Part shown: positions 38,157-46,770 of the stretch, piece after piece
Position numbering within the stretch: position 1 is the first letter of the stretch
Layout of the letters: each line of letters opens with the position of its first letter
Assembly (NCBI GenBank): GCA_964361505.1
Contig: CAYIAV010000001.1
Span: 1 to 46,770, forward strand
Direction of reading: 5' to 3'
From: Candidatus Woesearchaeota archaeon
GTDB lineage: Archaea; Nanobdellota; Nanobdellia; SCGC-AAA011-G17; GW2011-AR20
Length of the DNA: 46,770 nucleotides
Notes under the pieces: generated by a model
What the model was told of the DNA's origin: nothing
The model's database searches: none
What the model saw: the letters and a program-made list of their open reading frames with translations, nothing else
Program-made: the position numbers and the translations under genes

Positions 38157-40040
38157 TTATTCTAACCTAATACCACTCCAGAATCTCCAATCTGTTTCTT
38201 CAGTTCCAGTATCTGGGGAGTAGCCCCCTACAATATAACTTGGAGAGTAAGTTCTTCCTTTGAAAAAGCCTAAGTCATCATCAGACCATAATTTAGTTCT
38301 GTAAACTGGGGATGCAAAATTACTCATAAATTTAGTCCATGCTCTTATATCCTGATGTGCAGGTTCAATTATCATTTTTCCCTTATAACCAGACTCTTTC
38401 ATCTTTTTTACAAATTCAGGTATAGGAACATTGCCCTCACCAGGATCAACATGCTCGTCATAATAACCAAAATTATCGCTAATGTGAACGTGGCCAATCA
38501 TTTTTTCTTTGTTAAGGCTATCTACCTGCTTCATCATCCACTCCTTGAATTCTTTATCTGGATTGTCTGTTGTGGCTTTAAAGTATTTTTTCCATGTATT
38601 TAGATGGCCAATATCGAATGTTACTTTTATGTGGTCTTCAGCTGCTTTTTCTGCTTCTTTTTTACTGTAGATTCCTAGTCCAGCAGCTTCCTTACTTGGT
38701 CTTCCTTCTTCTTCATTCCACAGTTTTTCTATCATGGCTTTTCTTGATCTTATAATTAGCTCCTTTAACTCTGCTGGATGGCTTGCATAACCATTTTCTG
38801 GAAAAATATTTTCAGGAGCAATGAATAATGGCTTTTCTAATCCTGACTCTTTTTCTTTTTGTAAAGCATAAATCCCTGCCCTAGCTAATGTATCTGCAGA
38901 TTCTTTTGTACCATACTCATGGATTGGAACTGTATCATTAATTTCTTCTTGAATCTTTGCGGCATTTTTTCTGGCTGAAATTGCTATTTCTTGGCCATAA
39001 TTCATTCTTTTTTCCCATTCTCTTAACTCATTTCTAAGATGATCAACTGGGTCAATCTCTTCACTAGGTATAATTCCTGGAAATCTTGACTGAACTTCCC
39101 TTTTAAGTAATTCTTTATCCACTCCTGGAACTTTTTGAGCAGCTTCATAGATTTTCAAAGATTTTATGATTTTTTCTCTTGTTTCAAGTGCATCTTTGTA
39201 CATTACTTCATATTCATCTGCTTGACCTAGTGCTTGTAATTGTTCTGCTTTTAACTGTTCTTCATAGAAAGATCTTGCTGCTTCGTCATCATTTTTGTAT
39301 TTTTTCTTAAAGTTTGAAAATACATTTCTTTCTACTTGAATATTTCCTTGTTCGTCTAATCTGTATTTTACTATAGGCACTTCTTTGCCAAACAATTTTA
39401 TTTTTCTGTCATTTCCATGTTCATCTTTTAATGTAATTGGCTTTTCATCTTTGTCGGTTTCTGGAACTGGCAACCATATTTCTTCATCTTCACGAACTCC
39501 TCTTTTTATTTCACCTGTTTTTTGATTTACTAGATAGTGTATTTGTCTTTTTTCTTCTTCTGGATATGCTTCAAATTCTTTGTATTTAGAAATTGGGCGA
39601 GGGAATTCTCCGGTGTGCAGAACTACAGGACCCCCACGAGCTACATCTGCTGCAAAGTCAATTGTTCTTTTTACTTCCATTAAGTTTTGCTCTTTAGCTT
39701 CATGGGTAAAACCACGTTCACCTAAACCAGCAAAGCCTTGGACGTTAGGAGCAACATGTGTAGAAGTTTCTACTTCATTAATTCTTGCTAATTGTCTTAT
39801 AGCTTCTCTTTCTTCATTGCCGTACATTTCAGGAGTTGGAGCTCCTTGACCCATGCTTCCCTTTCCTTTTCCCATAAAACCTAGCTCAATTTGACTAGCA
39901 CCTTGGAAAATTCTTGTTTTTAAGGATTCTAACTGGTCTCGCATAGGGGGAGTAGAAATGCCTAGAACATTAGCATTTACTCCAAGCTTTTCAATATATC
40001 TTCGGTCTAAAGAATGCCAATAATCGCTATCAAACTTCAT
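38157..40040 (-). CDS. Endonuclease IV/xylose-isomerase-like TIM-barrel metalloenzyme with a large internal insertion
   Basis: Ligand-bearing motifs occur in the canonical order: STHVAPN, VVLHTGE (aa 139-145), FIAPEN (aa 406-411), FDIGHLN, GHVHISDN, DEHVDPGEGNV and MIIEP. About 220-245 Lys/Glu-rich residues separate HTGE from PEN. Confidence 0.72.
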   Translation of the reverse strand: MKFDSDYWHSLDRRYIEKLGVNANVLGISTPPMRDQLESLKTRIFQGASQIELGFMGKGKGSMGQGAPTPEMYGNEEREAIRQLARINEVETSTHVAPNVQGFAGLGERGFTHEAKEQNLMEVKRTIDFAADVARGGPVVLHTGEFPRPISKYKEFEAYPEEEKRQIHYLVNQKTGEIKRGVREDEEIWLPVPETDKDEKPITLKDEHGNDRKIKLFGKEVPIVKYRLDEQGNIQVERNVFSNFKKKYKNDDEAARSFYEEQLKAEQLQALGQADEYEVMYKDALETREKIIKSLKIYEAAQKVPGVDKELLKREVQSRFPGIIPSEEIDPVDHLRNELREWEKRMNYGQEIAISARKNAAKIQEEINDTVPIHEYGTKESADTLARAGIYALQKEKESGLEKPLFIAPENIFPENGYASHPAELKELIIRSRKAMIEKLWNEEEGRPSKEAAGLGIYSKKEAEKAAEDHIKVTFDIGHLNTWKKYFKATTDNPDKEFKEWMMKQVDSLNKEKMIGHVHISDNFGYYDEHVDPGEGNVPIPEFVKKMKESGYKGKMIIEPAHQDIRAWTKFMSNFASPVYRTKLWSDDDLGFFKGRTYSPSYIVGGYSPDTGTEETDWRFWSGIRLE

Positions 40041-40549
40041 CTTAGGTACATCCTATTTTTTTTGTTTACTGGTTCTTGTTCTAACAATGAATTGCTTCTT
40101 GAAGAAGAGTATTCTTCTAACCTTCTTTCACTTTCTCTCATCATTTCAACTTGAGCAGGACTTTCATATAATTCATTGCTTAATTCATAAGGCTTTTGTT
40201 CATACAATTTATCTTTGTCCCTTCCATATATGTTTCCTTTTTCCAGCTCTTGTGCAATACTGTATCTGGTACTTGTTATTTCCGGTGTTTTTGTGCTTAA
40301 TAATTCTTCTTCTAAAGTTTCTCGATTTCTTCTTTGAGGTTCAGATTCTTGAACTTTTAAAGGTTGAACTTCATCTGGAGCTTCTTCATTATCAATTATT
40401 TCCTGAACTTTTTTTAATTCATTGCTTATTTCAACTATTAGCTCTTTTTCTTTTTCTTTTTCTAGGATTTCTTTTAGATATAAAAGTTTCTCTCTTACAG
40501 GAATTGTATCAAGATCTTTTTTTATTTTGCTCCATGTTTCTTTGTCCAT
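40037..40549 (-). CDS. Acidic, coiled-coil-like hypothetical protein (170 aa) coupled to the TIM-barrel gene
   Basis: Its stop overlaps the downstream start in an ATGA junction (40037-40040). The protein is Glu/Lys-rich. The opposite-strand 163-aa ORF is a Phe/Leu-rich shadow ORF. Confidence 0.55.
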   Translation of the reverse strand: MDKETWSKIKKDLDTIPVREKLLYLKEILEKEKEKELIVEISNELKKVQEIIDNEEAPDEVQPLKVQESEPQRRNRETLEEELLSTKTPEITSTRYSIAQELEKGNIYGRDKDKLYEQKPYELSNELYESPAQVEMMRESERRLEEYSSSRSNSLLEQEPVNKKNRMYLR

Positions 40550-40621
40550 TTCTTATTTTAAAATTATTGCCTCTATAAGTTTTTGTATATTTTTATGACT
40601 ACTTTTAGTTAGTTGTAAAAA

Positions 40622-40629
40622 TTTATATA
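40622..40629 (+). promoter_or_regulatory. TATA box TTTATATA upstream of the 40651 membrane ORF
   Basis: The sequence is aaaaTTTATATActc. A GTG at 40651 lies about 25 nt downstream, and an alternative ATG is at 40693. Confidence 0.35.
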
Positions 40630-40650
40630 CTCTTAAACTTTTATATTTTT

Positions 40651-40938
40651 GTGGTAAAAAGGAAAACTGTTAAGAGGAAAGTCGGGCATTCTATGCATAA
40701 AAAGAATATAAGGCCAACTCAGAATTTTGCGATTGGTATGCTATTACTCAATATATTTACTTTACCAGGATTAGGAAGCTTGATAGCGGGAAAAACTAAA
40801 GATGGTGTATGGCAGGTTATCTTGGTTGTTGTCAGCATTCCTTTGTTTTTTATATACCTTATAGGGCTTCCTGTATTTCTTGGGGCTTGGATTTGGGGAA
40901 TAGCAACAGGCATGAAGATTATTAAAGAAGCAAAATAA
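40651..40938 (+). CDS. Small membrane protein (2 TM segments), hypothetical
   Basis: A basic N-terminus is followed by two hydrophobic segments. The start is uncertain (GTG 40651 or ATG 40693). Confidence 0.45.
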   Translation: MVKRKTVKRKVGHSMHKKNIRPTQNFAIGMLLLNIFTLPGLGSLIAGKTKDGVWQVILVVVSIPLFFIYLIGLPVFLGAWIWGIATGMKIIKEAK

Positions 40939-40940
40939 CA

Positions 40941-42920
40941 TTATTTTAGTGCGTTTCTTATAATTTCATAAACTTCTGGATATATTTCTATGTTTCTTAG
41001 ATCTAAATGTAAAGGTGAGACAAGACTCCTACATTTTCCATCAATTATATAGTTTTGAGCTTCTTCAAGCATTGCATTTTCTTCTAAGACTGTTCCATCG
41101 CCTTGTTTTCCATTCATGTTACATCCAGTGCCCATTATGTTATGGATAGGCACATCTGGGAAAGGGGCCCGGTTTAATTTATTCATAAACAGACTATTTT
41201 CCTTCATGTCCTTACATTCTAGTTCTTCTCCTGTTAATGAACAATAATCTGCAACATCACCAACAATTCCTTTATTTGGGGTGCCAATCAAGATTACTTT
41301 GTTAACGCTATCATCATTAAAAATTTGAATATATCTTCTAGTTACTAAGCCTCCCATACTAAATGCTACAATATTTACTTTCTGTTTTCCTGTTTTGTAC
41401 TTTACTGTATCTATTACATCTTTTAGCCTTATTGCATAAGTATCAATGTTTTCGCTTTTTGTTTGTACAGCAATATAGTTTTCAGGTTTTTGGAATATGT
41501 CAAAATAGTAACTAGCTCTTATTGTTAAAGGGGCGGGAATTAATCCCCATTCGCCATTTTTTGCATCTTTTGCTGAAAATAAGGTGGTAGTGCCTGCATT
41601 GATATAACCTGATTCTTCTAGTTTTTCTTGAATTTGATTAAATCCTTCTAAACTGTATTCTGCTGAAGAATCTTTATTAACAGCATGACCATGAAGGAAT
41701 ATTACTGGATAAAGTTCTGGGTCAGATTTACATTCTTTAGATATGCAACATGTTTGGCATTTTCCTAGGACACAACAAACAGGACTAGATTCTTCAAACT
41801 CTATTTGGATATAAGAAGAGTTATCTAATTCTAGACTGATATTATCTAGTATTATGCTTAAGGGCTTTTCAATAGATAAATTTCCATTAAAAGTTTCATT
41901 TGAAATTGAAGAGTTTACATCATTTATTTTAGATTCTAATAATTCCAATGAGCCTCTTTTTTCATTTAAGAAGTTTCTTGATTTTAAGGAGATTGCAGCC
42001 TCATTGTACAACCGTATAGCCTTTACACTATCTTTGGTGTGGACTTGATAGTTTGATACTATCTCTTTTGCCGAAATCAAATCTTTTATTATTGAGTTAT
42101 AAGAAGCTACGATTAAATCAGTTGAATTTTGCAAAGATTTCAAGTTATTTTCAGTTAAACTCAGATTTTTATTTATTTCATTGCTTTTTTTAGATAAGGC
42201 AGTATAATCCAAGTTAATCCATAATTTATGAGATTCTTGCAATTCTTTGCCTATTAAAGAAAAATTTTTACCAATTGATTCTGATTTTTTTATTTCGTTA
42301 TCTAATATTACAGTATTGTTTAATTTGTTTAAAACTTTAGAATAAGATAAATATAAACTATAAATTTCGTTTGTTTTTGAGACTGAATCTTTAAGATTGT
42401 TCATTAATTCTTCTTTTAGTGTCATTTCTTCATTATTCAAGTCATAGTTCATTGTAACTAGAACGCTTCTTGTTGTTGTTTCTTCACTCGTATGGCATAA
42501 GAATGTACTTACACCATAGCAGCCAATGCTAAATCTATATAGTTCTTGACCCGAACCTATTTTTTTTGCCTCTATACTATATTCTTTTTTTACTGGGATT
42601 CCGGGCCTTAAACTGAATTCATCTTTCTCAATCATAACATTTTGGCTAATATCCTTAAATTCAGAATAGCAATAAGCTTTACAAAACGGATTTGTTGTTA
42701 CTTTGGCTTCAAAAGTAATATTCTCCTTTTGGTTATGCAACAAGTTTAAATTGGTTTTACTAGAATCTAGCTGGATTATAACGTCATTGCCTAAAATAAA
42801 ATTAACATAAAGAAGTATTTTAGCTCCAAAAATAATTAGTATAAAGATAGTTATTAATGCTATAACCACAATTATTTTTTTTCTTTTGTCTAGACTATTC
42901 AGAGAAAGAAGATTTGACAT
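40941..42920 (-). CDS. Membrane-anchored extracellular protein with a C-terminal lipase-like alpha/beta hydrolase domain
   Basis: An N-terminal TM segment is followed by an Asn/Ser-rich region of about 380 aa and a Cys cluster (CCVLGKCQTCCISKEC). Then come VIFLHGH, the nucleophile elbow AFSMGG, GDGTVL and SPLHLD. Confidence 0.68.
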   Translation of the reverse strand: MSNLLSLNSLDKRKKIIVVIALITIFILIIFGAKILLYVNFILGNDVIIQLDSSKTNLNLLHNQKENITFEAKVTTNPFCKAYCYSEFKDISQNVMIEKDEFSLRPGIPVKKEYSIEAKKIGSGQELYRFSIGCYGVSTFLCHTSEETTTRSVLVTMNYDLNNEEMTLKEELMNNLKDSVSKTNEIYSLYLSYSKVLNKLNNTVILDNEIKKSESIGKNFSLIGKELQESHKLWINLDYTALSKKSNEINKNLSLTENNLKSLQNSTDLIVASYNSIIKDLISAKEIVSNYQVHTKDSVKAIRLYNEAAISLKSRNFLNEKRGSLELLESKINDVNSSISNETFNGNLSIEKPLSIILDNISLELDNSSYIQIEFEESSPVCCVLGKCQTCCISKECKSDPELYPVIFLHGHAVNKDSSAEYSLEGFNQIQEKLEESGYINAGTTTLFSAKDAKNGEWGLIPAPLTIRASYYFDIFQKPENYIAVQTKSENIDTYAIRLKDVIDTVKYKTGKQKVNIVAFSMGGLVTRRYIQIFNDDSVNKVILIGTPNKGIVGDVADYCSLTGEELECKDMKENSLFMNKLNRAPFPDVPIHNIMGTGCNMNGKQGDGTVLEENAMLEEAQNYIIDGKCRSLVSPLHLDLRNIEIYPEVYEIIRNALK

Positions 42921-42951
42921 ATTATACTAACTATCTCCTTCTATAAATAGT

Positions 42952-44064
42952 TTACTTTAATATGAACTTTGAAATTTGCTTTTCCGCCTTTTCCCTGTTT
43001 TTTTGATGCTGCTTTAAGAACTTGTTTAATTTTTCTATTAAAATTTCCTTTAATTCTCCAGATAACAATTTTCCAGATTTATAGTCATTACAGGTTTTCT
43101 CTAGTTTTTTGTCATCTTCTTCAAAGAAAGTTAAATATTGGTAAGAAATGTCAATATCCGGATTTCCGCCTTTTTTTCTATGTTCTTCTAAAGTATTTCT
43201 GCCTCCTGAGAATGCATATTTTCTTATTTTATTAGAAACTGTTTTTTGATCATCTACAGTAAAAATAGTGTGACCTTCGCTACCTGACATTTTTCCTCCT
43301 TCTGATAAACCTGGAAGAAATCTGCAGTGTATTGAAGCAGGTTTGTATTGATTAATCTTAGGCATTACATCTCGAGCAACTCTAAAATGGGGGTCTTGGT
43401 CTATTGCATGTGGAATTAAACAAGGTATTTTTTTGTTTTTTAGAATAGAAGGCAAGAATGCTGGAACCGCTTGCATAGATGTGTAAAAAATAGAGCCTAA
43501 ATTTGTTTCATCTGTGAAGCCAAATGATGCTTTTGCAGTTGAAAACGTTATTTTTTTTGCTACCTTTATTGCTTCTTTGTACATCAGATCTGCATTTTTT
43601 GTGTCTACAAGAAATTTTGTTTTTTTTGGATTAAAGCCTAGAGCTATAACATCAAGCATATTTTCTTGAGTAAATCTTTCTGTATCCTCTAAAGTGAGGT
43701 TGTCTTTAAACAGAAACTTTTCTTCATCTGGAAATTGAAACCAGAGATCGACTTTAAACTTATCTTGTAGCCATTTTGTGAACATCCATGGAACTAAATG
43801 ACCTAAGTGGGTATGGCTAGATGGAGCTCTGCCAGTATACAGAAAAAACTTGTTTCCTTTTTCATATTCATCCAAGAGCCAATTTAAGTCTCTATGTGAA
43901 AAAAATATTTTTCTTCTTAATAAATAATGTAAATTTCCTGTATGCTTTTCGATTCTTTTTAAAAGAGCATTGTCTATAGAAGAAGTTCCGAATTCTTTGA
44001 TTAACCTGTTATAGTCAATATTGCCCTTAACTTCCCAAGGCGTAACTGTAAACTCTTTTTTCAT
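42952..44064 (-). CDS. trpS: Tryptophanyl-tRNA synthetase (archaeal/eukaryotic type)
   Basis: YTGRAPSSHTHLGHLVPWMFTKWLQD matches the eukaryal/archaeal TrpRS HIGH region. The KMSKS-equivalent is KMSGS. Confidence 0.92.
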   Translation of the reverse strand: MKKEFTVTPWEVKGNIDYNRLIKEFGTSSIDNALLKRIEKHTGNLHYLLRRKIFFSHRDLNWLLDEYEKGNKFFLYTGRAPSSHTHLGHLVPWMFTKWLQDKFKVDLWFQFPDEEKFLFKDNLTLEDTERFTQENMLDVIALGFNPKKTKFLVDTKNADLMYKEAIKVAKKITFSTAKASFGFTDETNLGSIFYTSMQAVPAFLPSILKNKKIPCLIPHAIDQDPHFRVARDVMPKINQYKPASIHCRFLPGLSEGGKMSGSEGHTIFTVDDQKTVSNKIRKYAFSGGRNTLEEHRKKGGNPDIDISYQYLTFFEEDDKKLEKTCNDYKSGKLLSGELKEILIEKLNKFLKQHQKNREKAEKQISKFILK

Positions 44065-44147
44065 ATTTTGCTTAATTTTATCTTCTATAAAAAACTATCT
44101 TCTCACTGCAAAAAGAAAGATATTTAAATGAAGTCTTTTACTATCAC

Positions 44148-45434
44148 ATGATGTTTAAAAAGAGAGGTGAAAAAAGACAGTTATTACTTTCTCGACTTAT
44201 TGCTATCTTAATACTTTTTGGTGTTTTTTTTATTGCTGAAGTTCAGGCACAAGAAGTGGAAACAGCTATTGATGTCACTTCTGTCATACTTGTCAATGCT
44301 GAGGATAGTGTTGATAGTTCTATTGCTTCAGCTATATTCAGGGATTTAGGGATACCTGTTCTTTATACTAAAAACAAAGAAATACCAAGAGAGGTTATTA
44401 CAGAGCTTCAAACAGGGGTTTATAGAAATGTTAAAGATGTTATTCTTTTAGGAGGAGATTCTGTTATTTCTCTTAATGTTGAAGAGTCTTTAAATATGGC
44501 TGGAATTGTTGGTGAATTTGATGTTTTAAGAATCGGAGGGTTTACTGGAACTGATACTGCTTTAAATGCAATCAATTATTTTTATGGACCTGGTGTTGTT
44601 GATGGCGTAACATTAGTTAAACCCAATGCAGACATTCATTTATCAGCTCAGCTTTCTAAACCAATAGTACCTATAGGAAATGATTTGCCTGAAAATTTTT
44701 TTGAGATTTTAAACTCTACAGGGGTTAAGTATGTCAACATTATTGGACAATCAGAAGATTCTAGCTTAAAACAAAGATTAGCTGATTTAGACATCAAGAT
44801 AAGTAAAGAGGTTTATGGTGAAGAAGTAGAAGATAAACTCCAAGATTCTTTAATGTACTTATTGCAACAAAATAATAAAATTTTACTAGTTGAAAAATTT
44901 ATAATTCCTCCCGCTATGCAGGGCTCATTTTTAGTTTATTATGATGATGAAGATAATGATGGTATAGATGATAAATCTGGATTGGAATTAAGCGAGGCTT
45001 TTAGTTTAATTTATAAAGATTATAGAAGTTATGGTGTTGAGAATATTTATTTTTATAGTGATGACCAAAGAAGACTTGGTGAAATTGAAAATAACCTTTT
45101 AAAAAAGAACATTCCTTTTGAGGCTGTTTCTTATGAAGATTTTAATGATTTAATCCAAAATTCTTTGGAACTTAATAGAGATTTTGCAAAAGAAATAAAT
45201 CAAAATTTTGTTGATAATAATGTTAGAATGCAGGAACAATTTGAAGAAAACAGGAAAGAATTTGAAAAACAACTTGCTCCTTTGATTGAACAAATTAAGA
45301 TATTTTATAGCTTACAAGAGGATAATCTTTCTCCTCAGGCGCTTATAACTGGAGCTGAGGCACTTGACAGCACTAATGATTTGTTTGTTAGATGGAAATC
45401 AGCTCAAGTATTTATTAATGAGTATATGAATTAA
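44148..45434 (+). CDS. Secreted or anchored protein with cell-wall-binding-repeat-2 (CWB2)-like modules
   Basis: A signal/TM segment is followed by VILVNAEDSVDSSIASAIFRDLGIPVLYTKN...VILLGGDSVIS and RIGGFTGTDTALNAINYF. These resemble the CWB2 pattern. Confidence 0.45.
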   Translation: MMFKKRGEKRQLLLSRLIAILILFGVFFIAEVQAQEVETAIDVTSVILVNAEDSVDSSIASAIFRDLGIPVLYTKNKEIPREVITELQTGVYRNVKDVILLGGDSVISLNVEESLNMAGIVGEFDVLRIGGFTGTDTALNAINYFYGPGVVDGVTLVKPNADIHLSAQLSKPIVPIGNDLPENFFEILNSTGVKYVNIIGQSEDSSLKQRLADLDIKISKEVYGEEVEDKLQDSLMYLLQQNNKILLVEKFIIPPAMQGSFLVYYDDEDNDGIDDKSGLELSEAFSLIYKDYRSYGVENIYFYSDDQRRLGEIENNLLKKNIPFEAVSYEDFNDLIQNSLELNRDFAKEINQNFVDNNVRMQEQFEENRKEFEKQLAPLIEQIKIFYSLQEDNLSPQALITGAEALDSTNDLFVRWKSAQVFINEYMN

Positions 45435-45435
45435 A

Positions 45436-45750
45436 TTATGTTTTAGTGAATCTTTCTCTGTCTCTTGTTTGGTATTTCTCCATGATTCTTTTCCATGCTT
45501 CACTTAGATTTATATCTTGAGAATTAGCCAAACAGCATAATGTAAATAATATATCTGCAATCTCTTCTCCCATTTCTCTTGTTTCTTCTGTGGACTTTTT
45601 TCTTTTTGGACCGTGCATATGATTTACTTCTCTAGCTAATTCACCTGTTTCTTCCATTAATCTTGCGAGAATTTCATGGGGCTGCCAATATTGTGGGCTA
45701 TAATGGGATGTCCATTCATCAACTTGTTTTTGTATTTCTTTTAGATTCAT
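45436..45750 (-). CDS. mazG: MazG-like nucleotide pyrophosphohydrolase
   Basis: LMEETGELAREV and EEIADILFTLCCLAN show the EExxE...ExxD helical motifs. Size is 104 aa. Confidence 0.85.
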   Translation of the reverse strand: MNLKEIQKQVDEWTSHYSPQYWQPHEILARLMEETGELAREVNHMHGPKRKKSTEETREMGEEIADILFTLCCLANSQDINLSEAWKRIMEKYQTRDRERFTKT

Positions 45751-46514
45751 TTTAATCCTAAAATTTCTTTAAAAATATTCCATGCTGATTCTTCCTTTTT
45801 TTCCTGGTAGGTTTCTCCTAACAAATAAGAGGATAATTTTTCATAGCCTTTTGCAGCTTCTGATTTTGGGTATAAATTTGTTACTAAATCCCGTTCAGAT
45901 TGAGCTTTCTTAATAAATTCATCTTCTGGAATAATACCAATAACTGGAAATTCAAGCATAGACTCAATTTCTGGGATTGTCATGCAGTATTTATCCCTTT
46001 TTCGGTTTACAACAACTCCTGCTATTTCTTTTCCTAATTCCTGGGCAATTCTAATGCTTTTTAATGCATCAGTTACTGATGGCAATTCAGGGTTTAAAAT
46101 AATCAAAGCTTCATCACAAGACTCTAATGCAGATAGAGATTCCTTACCTAGACCAGCTGCGCTATCAATTATAACAAAATCATAATCTTTTTTCAACGAA
46201 GAAATCTTATTTTTCAATTTGTCTGGATTTACATTTGATAAACTGCTTAGTGATATATTACCTGGGATTAATTTTAAGCCTGAACGATGAATGTACATTG
46301 CTTCTTCTATACGTATTTTATTACCAAGAACTTCGTGAATGCTTTTGGGGGTTACTGGATGACCTAAATAAATTCCAACATTAGGAGAAGTGAAATTTGC
46401 ATCAACAAGAATTATGTTTTTACCTTTATTGTTTAAAGATAAAGCTAAGTTTATTGCAGTTGTTGTTTTTCCTATGCCCCCCTTTGAGCCAGAAATACAG
46501 ATTGCTTTTCCCAT
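45747..46514 (-). CDS. minD: MinD/ParA-family P-loop ATPase
   Basis: The deviant Walker A is GSKGGIGKTTTAINLA. VDAN and IIDSAAG are also present. It overlaps mazG by 4 nt. Confidence 0.88.
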   Translation of the reverse strand: MGKAICISGSKGGIGKTTTAINLALSLNNKGKNIILVDANFTSPNVGIYLGHPVTPKSIHEVLGNKIRIEEAMYIHRSGLKLIPGNISLSSLSNVNPDKLKNKISSLKKDYDFVIIDSAAGLGKESLSALESCDEALIILNPELPSVTDALKSIRIAQELGKEIAGVVVNRKRDKYCMTIPEIESMLEFPVIGIIPEDEFIKKAQSERDLVTNLYPKSEAAKGYEKLSSYLLGETYQEKKEESAWNIFKEILGLK

Positions 46515-46612
46515 GCTTTAGTTAAAACACGCAGGTTTTTAAAATTTGCTGGTTTTGTATTTTTTGACTTTTGGGGATATTTTATTGTTTGTTTAATACT
46601 TTTTTATTTAGA

Positions 46613-46768
46613 TTAAAATTTACTTTCTATGAAACTAACAAATTCTTTTGTTTTTTCAAAATAACTATACAGCATTTCTATGTTTACATTAATAACTTCA
46701 CCATTTTCTAAGATGACAATTAAAGTTACATTTTTCCTGAACTCTTCTTTTTTGCTGTAATTGGCGCG
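46613..46768 (-). CDS. 3' end of an ORF running off the window (partial, hypothetical)
   Basis: The minus-strand frame is open from the window edge and translates by hand as ...RANYSKKEEFRKNVTLIVILENGEVINVNIEMLYSYFEKTKEFVSFIESKF*. Confidence 0.25.
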   Translation of the reverse strand, partial: RANYSKKEEFRKNVTLIVILENGEVINVNIEMLYSYFEKTKEFVSFIESKF

Positions 46769-46770
46769 AT

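Noticed and set aside
38355-40578. ORFs 38355-38603(+), 39580-39849(+) and 40087-40578(+, 163 aa) lie opposite the TIM-barrel and acidic-protein genes.
   Set aside because: The minus strand carries an ordered set of metal-ligand motifs and an ATGA coupling junction. The plus-strand products are Phe/Leu/Cys-rich shadows.
40719-46185. ORFs 40719-40913(-), 41854-42048(+), 42969-43235(+) and 45982-46185(+) are short overlapping frames.
   Set aside because: Each lies opposite a better-supported gene: the membrane ORF with its promoter, the lipase-like protein, TrpRS and MinD.

Overview
AT-rich archaeal chromosomal segment. Spot counts of single 60-nt lines range from about 15% to 45% G+C. The gene content fits a small-genome, DPANN-like archaeon, which is an inference from content and compositional bias. 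Most of the window is informational and housekeeping genes. These include a bacterial-type chaperone operon (DUF3467-like ORF, grpE, dnaK, dnaJ), a PhoU-like regulator, aIF5B, S6e, gyrB/gyrA, an M50 protease and aIF2-gamma. They also include a presenilin-like protease, aCPSF1/FttA, proteasome beta, the conserved PIN-rpoE'-spt4-S24e-S27ae string, aEF-2, aEF-1alpha and S10. The rest are a ZIP transporter, RNase P Rpp21, L10e, TrpRS, MazG and MinD. I found no rRNA, tRNA, CRISPR array, transposase, integrase or intein. About ten lineage-specific ORFs with no recognisable family sit exactly at the junctions of conserved operons. The candidates I rank highest are: (1) a gyrB - pseudo-receiver ORF - gyrA - ORF string with overlapping start and stop codons, preceded by a 47-codon ORF that mimics a GyrB N-terminus; (2) a TrmB-regulator-headed block at 16.86-20.0 kb with a CheY-like receiver protein and two ORFans, bracketed by GC-rich hairpins; (3) a minus-strand cluster at 37.3-40.5 kb, made of an acidic protein translationally coupled to an Endo IV/xylose-isomerase-type TIM barrel split by a charged insertion of roughly 220-245 aa, followed by a nucleotidyltransferase; (4) two iteron-like direct-repeat arrays flanking an 80-aa ORF at 24.5-24.9 kb. 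Every function assigned to an ORFan is by-eye motif recognition and needs HMM or structure searches. I cannot show that any of these is a novel system.
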